Shown: positions 1 through 15,909, counted from the stretch's first letter. The stretch: DNA of 64,000 nucleotides from Tubulanus polymorphus (GCF_964204645.1 NC_134025.1:11346001-11410000), one strand, 5' to 3'. A program made the numbers and translations. Notes: generated by a model from the sequence alone, not told the origin.

Positions 1-2741
1 GTGCATTGATTGATTTGGAACTCGAAAAAAAAATTATATGATGATTATATAGCGCTCGAAACAATCGTCTGACGGCGTTACATCACCAATTGATCCGGCC
101 GACTCTATCATTTGGATCATCTCGGCGCCCGGGGCATTCGATGGTTTAGATTCGGGTCGCCGGGAGGAGTTGACAAAGTTAGCCGAGATTAATTGCACGT
201 TGTGGTAAGAGTCGCGACGGATCAAGTTTCAAGCCTACTTTCGTATTCATTCAATCAATTTTGTTCAAATTGGATGACTTGGTTGTGTCAATGCTTACAG
301 CCTAGGCGCGGTGTCGTATTACCATCGGCCGTGTAAGTACCGCGCGCCTACGTCGGCCATCTTAATTATTCGTCACTTTCTCCACTTAACGCATTACAAC
401 ATTCGGCTGTCATGGGAAGGCGAAATCTGAGACGCCGTAAAGGGTCCTTATGGCTTCCTTTCCTTGATAGATGGCTGCTTTGTGAATTATTGAAAATGCA
501 AAAATTACTCTTTGTCATGAGTTGAAATCGATACCATCTTGTCGAGTATTTGCATGATGCTAAACATTTAAACATTTCCACGTACACGCGGGATGTTCGT
601 ATACGGTGGAATGCCGAATAAATCGGGCGACCAGAACCGATATTGAAAATATATATCGCGATATAATATACGTGTAAGCCTGCATTTTTTCAGTAAAGAG
701 GATTCACCACCTATCATCAAGTAATTAAGTAAGCTATTGAACTATATTGACTTTGGGTACATAAATGTTGAATCAGTATCTCATAGACTTCCCGCTGGAC
801 AAATTTTATCGCAGAATATATAAGCCTACTCCTATCATCGCAAATAAATGCTGAACACACATTCTTTCGAATTCGGTTTTATATCGAACATACATACAGA
901 TATATACAAATTGGACAGAATTGACCGAAGTCAATATATATACATATTCAAAAAAATAAAGAATAAGGGGGGAATCATAACGATTTTTCCCTACTTCAAG
1001 ATCTAGACAGGTCGTTAAGGTAGATTTTGATTTGAAGTCAAATAATATTTAAGTAACACGGTTGCCACTTGATGAAGTGCCATCGATTTCAACGCACGGT
1101 GGCACGAAATGTTTACGCGTCGAGAACTTGCGCGCTGGGAGCACTGCGACAAAAAAACGTGGAAGAGCTGTAAGCTGGAGATGTTATGGCGGTGCAATCT
1201 TTCAAATCTATATATTATAAGGCCGTCTCGACAAATTGTTGCTCTGAGTACAGGGCAAACGCGATGCTATATTTTCCACGTTTTTAATGAACGCATTAAA
1301 AATACGTTCGTTATCTATACACAAAGGTGGCAAGATATATGAAAGACCCTATTAGTCCTCGAATGACGACCCGCCATTAAATACTATTGCCATTAATTGA
1401 ACGATTGTCGCGTTGATGAAGATCGAATATGTATTTGACAGAGATGACACGTGCAATTACGAAGAGGGCAGACGCCGATTAACGATCGTGTATTTAATTT
1501 GACTGGAAACCCTCGCCCGGGATTTGTGCCGACGCCCAGTGACACGAGAACGGCAATATGGCTATTTTGCTTTGTAAAACACCCGACATCAAGCGCGCCT
1601 CGGGCGCTACTGCCGCTAATGAAGAGATTATTTCGCAAGTTCAAGTACAGCCATAGAATCCATGGTGCAAACGCACCGTCGGAAGCACAAAACGCCATTG
1701 CGAAATTGAAAATCGTCGACTGATTTGTAGATTACATAAAAAGATTATAAAGAAATTAAGTTTATATTTCAAATGTGGTTAGAGTTCCAGTATTGGTTTT
1801 CATCAACCTTCAAATGTTAACCATGATACTTGCTTTGCCACTGTTGATTGACGACCGAGCCTACTTTTTTTAGAACACATGCACTTTTTCGGTTTTGATG
1901 CGTGTAATTTAAATTTCAAAATGTAAGTAACTGCAGCATTTTCATCGATACTGCATGTTTACCGATGATATATTACCGGTTTTTGCTGATGGTCGATACC
2001 ATTGACCTGCTGAAAGCGTCCATGACCCAGTTCCACAGTTGTTGGTTGAAATTTTATCTGCGCAGCTAAATAATCGAAAAAGGATGCTATAAGTGTCCAT
2101 GATCCATTGGAAATTTAACTACAGTGTATGTATACATATATGATTAAAAAAATCGCTCATTTCACAACTGTCGAAAATTTTGGGCCAGCTGCGAAATGAG
2201 TTTTTGTGTCGATGCTCCTACATCATTTCAAAACAGATTTCTAGGTTTCAATAAAGTCGCCACCCAGACCGCTTTCGTTATTGAGTGGTCATTAGTGGAC
2301 GGCTGGTACATGGAGTCGTTACAGTTGTCGCCAACAGAGTTCGTATAATACATATATAATTCATTATTTTCCAGAGTTCCGAGGCCACGCGTATGTAACG
2401 AGAATGTTTCGATGGGTTTGGGGGCCACTTGAATGCGCCACGCTGACGGCCTTAAACTGCATTCGAACCATGAAACACTCGGTCGCTTCACACGTATTTT
2501 CTCATGAAAATGAATACTTTCCGCGCCATGTAGAAGCGCATCGAACCAGTCCAAGCATTACGTACGATACAAAAAGCATCGTTGAAGAAATTAGAACAGG
2601 TATATACATATATAAATATTTGCATGAATTTCATTTGTGGCTTACGTACATTGCGTTGACAATGCGTGTCGTCTTGTTACTTTTACGCGAGAATAACGCC
2701 ATGGGAATCAGTCGATTCTCTCGGGAATTATGTCACCCGTT

Positions 2742-2754
2742 CGCCATCTGGTGG
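2742..2754 (-). promoter_or_regulatory. Candidate CTCF site
   Basis: Minus strand CCACCAGATGGCG matches the CTCF core CCASYAGRKGGCR at every position. Confidence 0.5.
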
Positions 2755-3648
2755 TGCTCGATGACATGTTCCTGCGATGAATACGTGGCCAGAATACATT
2801 GATTGGGTCTGACACCTAGCGGTATGCATATATTCTATGAAGTAATTGAATCCTAACGGTCTCAGCAAAGCATTGCGGCTCCATCGTACTGGAGCTTGTT
2901 CACGGAAAAAATAATTTCCGTAACATTTTTGACGCAGAAAGATAAGTTTCAAATAGATGAAATGAAAAAAAAACAAAAAATGACTGTAAGAGCAATTAAC
3001 CAGTATTGTTTTAAAATGGATAACGAAAGAATACCTCCGGTCCCATGAACTCGGCAAATATAGGCCTACATTATACATTTCTAAGTATCTTTTTATTAGT
3101 CGGTGGTAGGCCCCAATTACCTCCCAATTCTGACAAGTATCGGGTTCACGCGGATAACATCCGAGCTACCCGCACCGCGGGAAAAAACACTCCAATTTTC
3201 CAGGACCTGACGTGTTTCTTGTTAGTTATTTGGTTTCAGAGTGCGTTGAGCGTTCGAGATGGAGGTTTATTTGTTGAAGGATCTCACTTCGTTGCCTTGC
3301 GGTGTCCTGCTGCGAATTGTCTGGTTTCGGTCAGCCTCTCCGTAGTCAAAGCAGATGGCATACATGTATACGCAGCGCTACCCTACCAGGCTAATTGAGC
3401 CGAGCGAACGCTATTCGAGTACAAACTCTGATGTTTACGAAAAAAATATGGAAAATATTTTCTACGAAAATTGTTTGTAAAATCGATCTAGTAATCCTGA
3501 TAGAAAAACGTCAGAATGAATTTCTAGCGAAAAGGCCCACCGACCAGCGTATGCCCTTTATATAAGTTCTAAATGTATTTGCAAACATTTTGCAGGTAGG
3601 CATACAAAAACCTGCATACCGTATGAAGAACGTAGGCAATGATCCTCC

Positions 3649-4067
3649 GGTAAATACCCCCCCCCCCGCCCCTCTTAGTAGATGTCCCCCTCGGTAAAAA
3701 TCCCTCAAATTGATTAATTTTCTATCAAACCAGAGTAAAAGCAACTTAGATGAAAACCAGATAATACCTTTTACAACGATAATTTAGCTTGCTAAAAGTC
3801 ACAGAATAATGTGATTTGCATGCATCTAGCTTCCTCAAAGTCACGGAGGTGAATATCATGACCAACACCATGAAAAATTTGAAATTTTTGAAATCTATCA
3901 AAGTTTATCAACATAAGAATATTGACATTTTGTTGAATTTTGTTGTGAAATGAAATTTGGGAGGATTTTCACCAAGCGGATGTACACCTAATTGTATTGG
4001 GATATTTGATTTTTACCTGGGGGATTTCTACCTTGTGGGATATTTTCCAGGGGGGGGGGGTATTACC
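3649..4067. mobile_element. Degenerate MITE-like element with C-run/G-run termini
   Basis: GGTAAATAC(C)n at the left end versus (G)nTATTACC at the right end; subterminal GGTAAAAATCCC / GGGATTTCTACC-like motifs in opposite orientation. Confidence 0.5.
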
Positions 4068-7000
4068 TGTTACCCGCATGAATATCACCGATTTTAATCG
4101 TAGTTTTAGTATTTGAATCACCATACACGCGGAGAAATTTCATCGTCAAAGATGGCGCTAATGTCATAGCAAAAATGCGATTATTTTCCACTCCCATCGG
4201 AATATATAATCACACTCGATGTCATGTGTGAAATTTCTACAAATATTTGTTTTCGTTGCTCGCGATCGCATTGGCTCGAACAGAAACAGCACTCGCGATA
4301 CGAATGAGCGGAAAATCGTTCAAGTGTTCTCTAACAAAGCCGACGAGCGTCTGCCATTGGTCGGGTCGATACGCGTGGAACCTGGGCAAACACGGTGCGC
4401 GACTGGCTCGATCGATAGAAAGCGAAACTGTAAACTTTCAATTATTCCTCGCAATCGAGGCACAGTGACTATAGCTGTGGAGCCGATAAAAAACTAATTA
4501 TACATTTTCCATCGACGAGGAAATATTCATAATTTTCTGAAATCATCAAATTTCTCCACCGTTCCCAGGATCAATTTACAATTGATTGTAGCAGTGTTTC
4601 AATTTTTGTAATACGGACATTGTAGTTACTTTCGAGAAAATTGACTATATCTATATTTGATATTTGAGGTCAGATTTCTAATCCAACTGAAACTGAATAA
4701 TTGTAAATATGAAGACAGTTAGTAGAATTTTTCACCAACGACCCTAATGACGGTTTAGACAGACACTGCGATTGAGATATACTTACAAGGTTTTAATGCT
4801 TCAAAATGACAAAATCAGAATGATCGAGAAATATATATATATCGATGATTATTCATTCAATATTGAACGGCCACTTACAAAATACCTCTGGCTATTAAGT
4901 TAAACCTTGTGACACCCAAAAACTATATATTTCTATCTTTAGCAAAAATCTGCTTGAATTAACATAGGATTTGGATCAGCAGTATACGCGAAGATTCTAG
5001 TGCCCTCAAACCCCATCAAACCTCACCGGAAGGCCTATTTCATCAACTTCGCCGGTTAAAGTGCCCTTTTAGTTGCACCCGCCTCAATTTCCATTCCGAC
5101 TGAACCCGACAGACCTAGATGCCCCTGAACGACAAAATAGTCAGTAATTCGACTTCAGTTGTCAATACAAGGCGCCAAAATCAGCGACATTGAGACAGGT
5201 TCGTGACATTGGGGCCCACTGATACGTATAGGAAATGATGTCCTGTGTTACAGATTTAGCTGTCTCATTTGATTCCAAGGTCAGACGATGTTTATTGATT
5301 GTTAAGCGACCATATTGATTAGACTAAGGTCGAAATTGCGAAAATGCCGACTATAGCAATGTAATTTGCCTATGTCATCGAAGCGATGATCTACTAATTA
5401 TATTCTAGTGGAACATCTCCAAAACCGGGCGTCGATACCGAACAGTGAAATATGATTGACTAATGTCCAATAGTTAACGAATCAAAACAAATCAAATGAA
5501 ATCCGCCAAACGTATTTATCAAATAAATACGTAACAGGGTCCCTAAGATATAGAAAAAACTGGTAAAAAAACTGGTAGCTGTAATAGATGTCAATGAATA
5601 AATTGCCGGATAAATGTCAATATAGCTATTTTTCTTTTATTAGGAAATCGAAGGGTAGAGTGTGAATTGGAAAAAGGCCATGTCTAAAAATAGCTTGTAC
5701 CCAGATGAAAAATAACAGTGATTTCACCTGAATTAGAATGTTCGTGGTTGAATATGACTCTTTAGATGTACACAGGCCTATGTTAAAAAACCATGGAAAA
5801 ACAAAATTTTATTCTACATTTTGAGGAGCCGGCTGAAAAGGGAGATCAAGGCTTGTTTTTCTCAAGTTAGATTTGACTGCTTACTGTTTCGAAGAAGTTT
5901 ATTTGTACCTTCAGACTCATCGTAAAACTGACAGGGATTTGCTGGTTGCGTGCGCTAGTTCATAGAACATTTTCCTCGGTGATTTAGAAATGTTTTTCTT
6001 TTAATCTTATTTCTCAATATTCGAAATTATAATAACTCGCGTCCGTTTTGTTATCCGAAAGACTGTGCACACGTATTATAAGTTTTCACAGATTTTTCTC
6101 AATCAATGCATACTCCATGTTTTCGGTCCCGTGTACAGATCTTAATTCAACAGGATATACTGAAAAGGGCTGTGCAAAGGTAAAAATTCTGTGTCGTTGT
6201 CTCTATGGCTCACATTGGAGAGAATCGATTTTAAACTACATTGAAAATAACTATGAATTTATAATTATTTTTCTAATAATAGGATACCTGCGCTATATAG
6301 ATGACAATTAATCATTATTGTTATTATCTTTAATAATAATCATCTTGTTTAAGGCCATGAATAATGCTCTAACCACGGTTTTGATATGTTTTAATTCGTA
6401 TACTGTATAATTCACCTTTTGGCGAAATCAAGCGCTTTTTCTTGTAATAATTGACCAAAAATATGTACTAGTTTAATCTTAATACGAAAGTTGTTACGAA
6501 TTTGAATTTCGGCTATTGATGACTGTCTTTGAATAATGACTTTATCGCGTCGTTTGATGTCAAGAAATAACTACTTTACTAACGTAAAAAGTGTATACCT
6601 GAATAGTGTATGATATTTTCGCATCATTTCTTATTCATTTATTCCTTCATCTGATAATTGAAATTGGATTCGTGCTTGCTTCGTAAACGAATATATTCAT
6701 ATAGTAATAGTTGTAATTATTTTAATTCCGTTGATCTTGGAAGCCTCCAAAAATGTATACGATCCTTGGAAACGGTTTCACCTAAATCCTTCCAAAACAG
6801 ACGGATTCGTCTAACACGCAGAGAAAACGCATCTGTCTTTATTAGGAAATTTCGGAACATGTTATTCTAGTTCACGTGATTCAAGAAGATACTATTTTAG
6901 AAGATACTATTAGAAATATTCAAACACACAAATGAGACCACGTTAGTTTCATATCATAAATCGTTGATATCATACGCGTTTTGAGTTAAATCCTAGGTTT

Positions 7001-8091
7001 CCGGCTAAAACTGTAACGTTGCAGTAACTGTGTGCCTTTTTCGAAGAAAAATACCAAATGCACAAATGTAACAATTCTTCATACAATTACTCAAGCGACT
7101 CGGTATGTATAGGATTTCATACATGTTCCAACGTAACATATTAATCTATATTTGTTTTTAAAGTATGGAAAGATTATATTCCTTTGAATTCATAAGACAA
7201 AATCGATTAAATTCCAAAAGTTCCGAATTTGAGCTACAACCATTCGACGAAATATGTGGCTGTTCGTACACGGTGGTCGCCAGAAAAGAGCTTTTAGTGC
7301 TCCGTGTGTATTATCAACAATAACAATGGTGAATTTGTTTCGCAAACGTTTTTGCAATTTGCAAGTGTTACAAGCACTATAAACTCCCGTATCATCGTGG
7401 TGACACCCACGTCGGCACCGCAGAAAGGGGTCTCATCCTCTCTGGCGTGGCGGTTTTTTAGATTAATAGGTCTCTCTCGTCAGCGATTCGGTGCACATTG
7501 CCATTGTTACTCTAATGCGTGTACGTTGGCCTTGACGTATAATGTTGATTACTAATCGTGTACTGAACTGTTGAGCTTCTGACATTTCAGTAGACCAACC
7601 TAACTACCAATGCCTAGATTTCTTTAAAACCAGTGGAAATAAAGAATCTCGTTGATTTGTGGATGGCAAATACGTTATCTATGACTTAAATCAAGAGAGT
7701 TTGTCGCGCAGGTGAGTTTTTTAAATCGTAAGTGGGGAGCGATAATAAAAAGCTATAGATGAAGATTGGACTATAAAAAACACGAATGAGTTCAACAGAC
7801 ATATTTTGAGAACTTAAATACTCGAGAAAAAAGACATTCAAAATCTGTGAATTGCCCAGGGAAAGCAACAGGCCCCACTAGAACAAAAATTATTTCTTTT
7901 GTATTCCATTCTCAAGATTTTCTATTTAGATAGAGATTTAAAACTATCGACTAGTTTTACACTGAATATGACAATTTTTGAATGATGTAGTTTTTTAGTT
8001 CTCATTATTTATGGGAATGGTGTGGAATGGCCTTCGATTTCGACCCTTCGCTTTCCGGACTGGCGAATGATCCTTCGAAGACGAAGGTATA

Positions 8092-8453
<362 letters not shown>

Positions 8454-9360
8454 GAATATAGCAAACTAGTTAGGTTTACATGTATGTTTGTTATTGAATA
8501 TAAGTATGAGGCAAAGCCGTTAATGATGTATTTTATGTCAAAATATTTTTCAGATTTAGAAACGCTTGCTTTTGTCGAAAAGCGTGTGTTTCCAAGGGAC
8601 AAATATAAATATATAATAATCAATGTAATCGATATGCGCGATTACATCGCTGAGTAAACTTAAAGCGATATCATTCAAACAGTTTTTTTAAATATCTAAT
8701 TTATTTATCGCGTATAACGAACCATTATTTAGCGCATTATAAAGCATTGTCTATGAATAAGTGAGCGCTTATTATAGATCGATACTAAATGTAGAATCAT
8801 TTTTGCAATTTTGTATATCATGTGTGCAAATCTTGATCATCGTTGACTTCAAAGATTGGATGAAGTCAAAACTGCATACCAGTGAAGCCGTTTATTATCT
8901 ACTTTTGATGATATCTACACATGTCCTTTCGGGTGAATCTTTAAAATTTCATACATGAACAAAATTGGGTAAAAAGACCTATTGCACTATTTTCATTTAC
9001 TTCTTTGCAGTCATATATTTGAAACTAAAGATTTATTGTAAGTCATTTTGGATTTATTATCATATTTCAGGATCAACTATTTCTAATCCGAAATGAATGG
9101 CTATTAGTTTGTAACTTGCGTTCATGGTTTGCAGATTATAACATAAATTTATGCAACGGCCTACTATTTTTGCACGAAAAAGAATTTTCCTCGACCATTT
9201 CATCGTGCGCAAGTTGCTGGTACAAGAGCGAAAATGTTCATGCATTTCTTAGAATGACAGAAAAACGTGTTGAAAAACATCTCTGAAAATTCAAAAGTGA
9301 AAGAGAAAAATAAAAGCCAAAGAAAAGAAAATGAAATTGGAGAAATCCTTCAAAGTTACA

Positions 9361-9406
9361 AGCAATATACAACTTATAGTATAGCAATATACAACTTATA
9401 GTATAG
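9361..9406 (+). repeat. 22-bp tandem repeat x2 with degenerate continuation
   Basis: AGCAATATACAACTTATAGTAT occurs twice exactly. Confidence 0.9.
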
Positions 9407-12400
9407 CTTATAATACGCTATACAACTTTCGCTTACAACTTATTGTCTAGCTTATGTATTTTCGGAAAAGTTCATACCGTGCCGTTCTGTTGACTCATCA
9501 CACATCCGTACATAATAAACATTACATAAGTTCAATATAATTTTCTTGATGACCATAAGTTTAACTTGGTTACACCTTAGAACCATTAAATTTTACTGAA
9601 TTTTGAATTTCCATTTGAATACACATTAAGAGCCGCTGAACTTAACCATAATTTTCTTATAAGCGGCAAGACTAATCGTATTTTGTTAATTGTTATTTGT
9701 CAGCTTATTAGACCCTATGTAACATAAAATTGAATTGACGTATACGCACAAAACGTACGCACACTTTCAAAGCGAATATTCGCTTGGCGAAAGCATTTAT
9801 GCTGAGGACATCTCTTCTTGTCCCATCAACAATCTCGCCCTCCATCCCGACCAACAACCGCATGAGTTCTCGGCGATGGTGTCCCTATTTCATGACCCAC
9901 CTAGAATTCAATTTGGTGACCGGCGGAAGCTATGTACTCAGTTGACAGTACTATCGCCGGAAAGTACACCAAGTGAACTTGCCTAATAATTACCTATCAA
10001 ATATAATTCCGTAAAATTATTTTGAAAACATCGATGCCTGTTAATTCATTTGTGGTACACTGTGATATGTGGTAAAAACACGTATATATTTGATTTGTAA
10101 ATTTGATGCACTGGAACAGACAGCAAACCCTATACCCATCTCAGTATTTGGTAGTTCAGTTTATTGGGCAGTTGCGTCACGCTCTGTTTTTCGCGCTGCG
10201 TAACGAGAACCGAGCAAGTATTATGCACCGAGATGAAAGCTCGCCATGCCATTGGTTGTTATAACGGTGAAGTGGACTCGTTTAGCCTATTTTTTACATC
10301 GGCGTCGCATTCGTGGAACGTATTCCACTCATAAGGACCTGCGTATACATTTCGTATTGACAAATTGTAATAACAGTGTGAAATATGTCGATTTTCGAGC
10401 GACTCGTTCTAACATAACCCGCGCCGAAGAGCTTCTCAAGTTGTCAAGCTCCCAGCGCGATGATGAAGTGAGAACCAGGGGCGTGCAACAAGGCACCGAT
10501 AGGTATGAACCAAATAACCTATTGGTGAAATTTAACTTCGAGTACCGCTGGAGGAGGGGTAGAGCGGAATCCATCCAATAACCGATATCCAATTGCAAAT
10601 ATTTTTCAAATTGACCTCATTTTGCACTCAGTAATGATAATCATTGAATAATAATTAATAATATAATAATAGCACATTTTTTTCAAATGAAATCCGACGT
10701 CGCTATTTGAACCAATAACATGAAACGCATTTTTAATTTCTACATCATCTACGTGTCACATCATGTAAATATTCTGTTCTATTATTCCCGTAGACAATGT
10801 GTGGTTCGCTGCTTAGACCCTGCATGTGCCCTTGTACAAAACCACCACTTTATTTGGCCCAGTCCTGTCAGTGGTTGTATCCACAGTGATCTCCGTCGCT
10901 CTACGATTCCAGTGTAACCAGACACTAAATGTTCTTGGTGAACACTTTCTTCCTAGAAAAAATTCCCCATATAACATCACAAATAGCTGATGACATCAAT
11001 TGATTAGTAACTAGCTTTTGCATTTTCGGTTCACTGTAGATTATTTCCATTTTCAGTACAATTCCAGTACAATCGATTTCATGATTTCAGGATATTTAAT
11101 GAGGGCAGCTAACTTTCCGGGAAGGCTGGGAAAAATCATGTGAGAGAGAGGAGTTGCTTGGTTACGGCGCCTTTGAGCATTCGGGTTTTTCGTCTGCGCA
11201 CCATGATAATGTACATCCGCATAAGGTCGCTGGTATCGATGACGGTTAGGTGATAAATGCCAACACTGGCGGACAGAAAGACTAACCGTATCGAAAATGC
11301 TCACAAAAACGACACCTAATGCGGCATCAAACGTAAAATCTAACACAGGTGTATTACACTAGCTTGAAAAAGTTTATAGTCTAGGATCTACGTGGGACAA
11401 TATATTTGGTGATAATCTGATTAATCGCGCTCGATAATTGTTTCGTGGATGAAACTGGGGGAAATACGATCTCTTTGTCGCGAGTGTGAACAATCTATTT
11501 CCCCTGTTCTAGCAAGCTATTGGACGAGCAGAAACGAATATCTCGTGGAAGAATCTGTCAACAATTTCGGAACGTCATAACGCAATCATTTCATAAAGCG
11601 TCGGTTTTTTAGAGGCGAACATAATTGGCAATCTTGATCTTTTTTGCTTGGAAATTCCGTCATTTCAATATTTCATAATATGGTTCATTGTTTAATAGCC
11701 GGGAATGATGAATTTGCATCATTTATTTTGTAACTGTCTGGATCTGCCCAGCCTACGGAGATCGATGTCAGCGGGCATTGGCCCTTTGTGTACCTGACCT
11801 AACCAAGGGATCTATTGGCTAAATCGAAACTCTCCCTAATGTTATTGCCCGGGTGTTGTCTGCTGAGCCTACATAAACCAATGTCATGGCCGCTCAGTTG
11901 CTCTTTAGTTCTCAAAACCAACTAACCTTCCGGCTTAACATTGTTTCAAATATCGTTGTATATCTATAATCGGTAAACAATTTAAAAACAGCTCTCCTGA
12001 ATAATCTATGCAGACCGTTTTGCTTTAAAAATGAATATGTATTTTTGTTCAAAATGGCAATTTCTCGGTCATTACACTCCTACCTTTTTAACGTAGATCG
12101 TCTGAATGAATCGTACGATCGGGTGGGTTTATTGATCAGGAAAAATTACCAGACAAAAAGTGGCGTGAGAGAATATGTGTTAGTGGATATGATTTCGTGC
12201 AATTTAATAATCGCAAGTATGTCTATCCTAGATTCCCTTAACCCGGCAAGTAATTCGGGAAACGTTTCGCAAATCGGAAAATCAACTTAGGACTATCCTA
12301 TGATAACAGATTTGACAAATATCACTTGAGATAGGCCGAGGAATCTAGAATTATGACTGGGATTATCGTGGATCAAATTGATTAATTGAAATTCTAATTA

Positions 12401-15400
12401 GCAAGAAAAAAAATAGAAAATGTTCGTCGAGAAAACCTTACAGAATTTCTGTTTCATCAAGTCAATTCAATTAAGTTTTCAGTATGCTATTCAAGAAAAT
12501 GGTTGTAATTGGTTATCTGAACATGAATACCTAAAATGTAGAGACTTTTTTATAATCAATACGAGCAAAGAAATATTTCATGTACATGCGTATATACGAT
12601 GTATTCAGTTTTTGTCAGCATTCATATCGCCTCGCCTAAGATATATAATTCCTAAATTTTAAAGATATGAAAAAAACAACGATCGCAGTCTTTCAAATTA
12701 AGCTTCCCACACGAGTTGAAACTCGTATACAATATTTTCTAAACATTCATGTTTCATTTTTCTTATATTTCCATAAGTCGTATCGAGTAAGAGTCATTCC
12801 GCAAAAATCGTAATCCTTTTTGTTCATCTCACGTACTGACTGCTTTGAAAGGAGCCGACCAGGAATATATAAGTAATATGTAAACTAAGAGTCTTATAAA
12901 CTGTATTTTGACAATTAGGAAATTGGATCATCATATCTGATTAAAGGTCCGTTAAACGTAAGGATTTCTTAATGATTTTATGTGCAACTGCAGTGATGGA
13001 ATCAAGGCATGGTATATATTTCATGAAAATCATTTCGCATCAAAGGTACAAGTACTCCTCGCACAACAGCTTACAATAATTTGTCGAAGACTTAATCATG
13101 TGTTGATCTTCGACATTTTTTTGTCATCGAAACTGGAAATGTGTCCAGAAACCATAACGTCAGGGTCGCGTAGTCAAGTGGTCTATGTCTCGTTTTCTGT
13201 TAAAGTACACGAACAATGAATGGAATTAAGCACTGAAACTGATGAAGTAAAGCTCGTATACAAAATCCAATATTTGATAATACCATGGACTCTAAAACGA
13301 TTTTTTTTTCGGTCCACGATTATAGGATACCCCAAATTCATGATATGTACTTCTACAGGACACGTGCACATCTACTTTTAAACCATACAACATGTCGTTT
13401 TGAATGTTCGCCGATGTCGTTAACCATGTCCCCAGTAGGTTTATTGATTTTAAAACATTTACCTCTAAAATTGTAATTTCATTTGATTTGATTCGCCACA
13501 CATTACCATTGATATCATTTGCATATACGTCGATATGCATAAATAGACATGTATATAGGGACAGCCGTCCGAACAACCGCAAAAGAAAATTATTCGTGTA
13601 TACATTTCTTTTTGCGAGTAATTGATTCATTCGTTACGATTCGATCGAAAAATATTTGCACAAGGGGAGAACGTTATGTTGCCTCTGTGCAGAAGCAAAC
13701 TCGACATGTTATAACCAAAACCTGGACACTGGAAATCAAAATCAAAAGTGAAATCCGTTCCCAATTTCTGACGAAGAAAATCTCTATTTTCATCATTTCT
13801 ACGCATTAGATATCTACGGTTTTGATAGTTCCCATAGTGAAACGATTGATTCATTTGTTCTGACGCTTTTCAAATAACTGAAGGTAAATTTTAAGAATGG
13901 TTGAAATGAATTTGTTCAACTTCTGGTGTGGTTTGGCGAGGGATATATCATCACAGGGCTTTGAATGTAAAATACAAATGTTGGTAGGTTATCCGAATAG
14001 AAATTCTATAACGAAAAACTGTCGATTTTACGCGGGATCGTATCTGATTACACGCGCCAAACGAACCGCGTACGCCACGACGTGAGTTCAATATTATACT
14101 CGCAGTAAAGAAAGTCGCTGTGCATCATGCGAACGAACGCTCATTAGGAAAACGAATAATTCGGGTTTCAAGATAAATCAATTTATTGAGACACCTCTTC
14201 TCGCGTAACTGAACACCACGCGGTCTGCGAGTAATTCAATCGATCTGACCCCCTGCCGTCGACGAGATCTGGCTTAGTTTCGAAAAGGTTCGAAAATCTT
14301 GTCATGCCCAGATTTTTCTAGTCGTTTTCCGGTGAAAATCAAACCAAATTTATTGCATTTGATAGTGAATATAATCAACATGCTGTAAAAAACTCCCTAG
14401 GCCTGTATACCTTTGTTATGCCTACGTGGCATATATATGTTTATTTCTGGCTATTAAAAGATTTATTTATGTAAAAAACTGCTCATTTGGATACCGTCAA
14501 TTCCTCGTATAGAATCATAATTTGGTTCATCGTAGCAAACATCATTTTAACTAGAAAATATCGTCGCCAGTTTACCTTTGCAAATAATAGACCATGTACA
14601 TATCAGAACGTCAGCAGCATGTCGGTATTAGCTAACGATCACATTTCATGTTACACGGTGTGCTTCAGTGTCGAATCATGATTTCTCAAAAAAACACATT
14701 GTACACGTACTCGTTTCAAATAAAGGATCATTCGAAAACTTACCTTCAATTACTAGGTGACAAGTCTCGCGCTTTTTGTATATACGTCTTTCATCGTCTT
14801 TACACCGAGCGGCGTTTAATTCAGTAACCTCAAATTGGCCTCTGTCTTCGATGTTCCATTTATTCTATCTTTTATTGGTTCTTATTTATAATAATTGCAA
14901 TCATTTTCTATAAATCATATTCGAATTGTTGTATATCGGTACGTCAATTGTATTATTTACCGACATTAACCGTGTCAACGGTGTTTTAAACGAATTGTAT
15001 AGTCGTGAATACGAACACTTTTTTGTTCAAACAATGACCTGTATTTCTGTGCTAAAGAGCGGCAAACAATGCCATTTTTTGAGAGCTCTACACCCCCCAC
15101 ATTTGGCCATTGTCAGGCCGGGAGATCGAACACTTCAAGCCAAGGATAGGACGTCCCTCGCCGACAATGAAAGTGTTTGCAAACATCTCGCGTCGATCAC
15201 GAAAACTTTCACAAGTCTGGGACAACATTATACCGTTTTTTCTATTCATGTTGTCGTATAGGTGACAAAGAAATACGACCGGGCCATCTAGTAGATTTTC
15301 CGCGGTACCATACCCTATACGATGTCAACTTGACCTTTTTAACAGCTCGAACACGGTGTTGTCAACTCAACATTTCGTTGTCAAAAATATCTACATGTGG

Positions 15401-15879
15401 GGTCGTTAAATAGGGGTAATATTTTATCATATTCAATAGGAAGAATCCAGCGCACGGTACAAAAAGGTTTGCTTGTAACATCTGTGTTTATGTATTTCAC
15501 GCATAGGAAATAAGGTACATGTAAATCTGTCTAGTCACAATAAGTTCGATTAAAGAAATAAATGGAATATTTTTAACAAGGTGGCATTCTTCGAATGTCA
15601 GTGATCGTATTTGTCGGTTCGATAGACCTGGACCCGCTTCCGCAGTTTGTGATTACATTATTTCGCTTCAAGGCCACACGTTTTGACCTTGAACTATCGA
15701 ACCTGGTCCCTTTTTGGCTTTGGATCATCACACTCTGAATCCTTTGGGGGTCTAAAAGTTACCTATCAAACGGCACCAGTGTAGAACGTCGGGATCCTCT
15801 CGCTCCTCCTCGCTATATGTAATCCTAATGAATCGGGAAACGCTTACTCGTTGGATTCTAACACCCGGAAAGACAAACA

Positions 15880-15909
15880 AAATTTCGATTGTTTTGCAGA
15901 CTTTTTATT
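15880..15909 (-). other. Candidate Six1/2 polyadenylation signal (implies ~2 kb 3' UTR)
   Basis: AATAAA on minus (15909-15904) followed ~20 nt later by U/GU-rich TTTTGTTTGTCTTT. An alternative AATAAA lies at 16226-16221. Confidence 0.4.

Noticed and set aside
1-7900. Possible Six3/6 or other gene in the left part of the window
   Set aside because: No homeodomain, SIX domain or other recognisable coding signature was found in the ORFs there.
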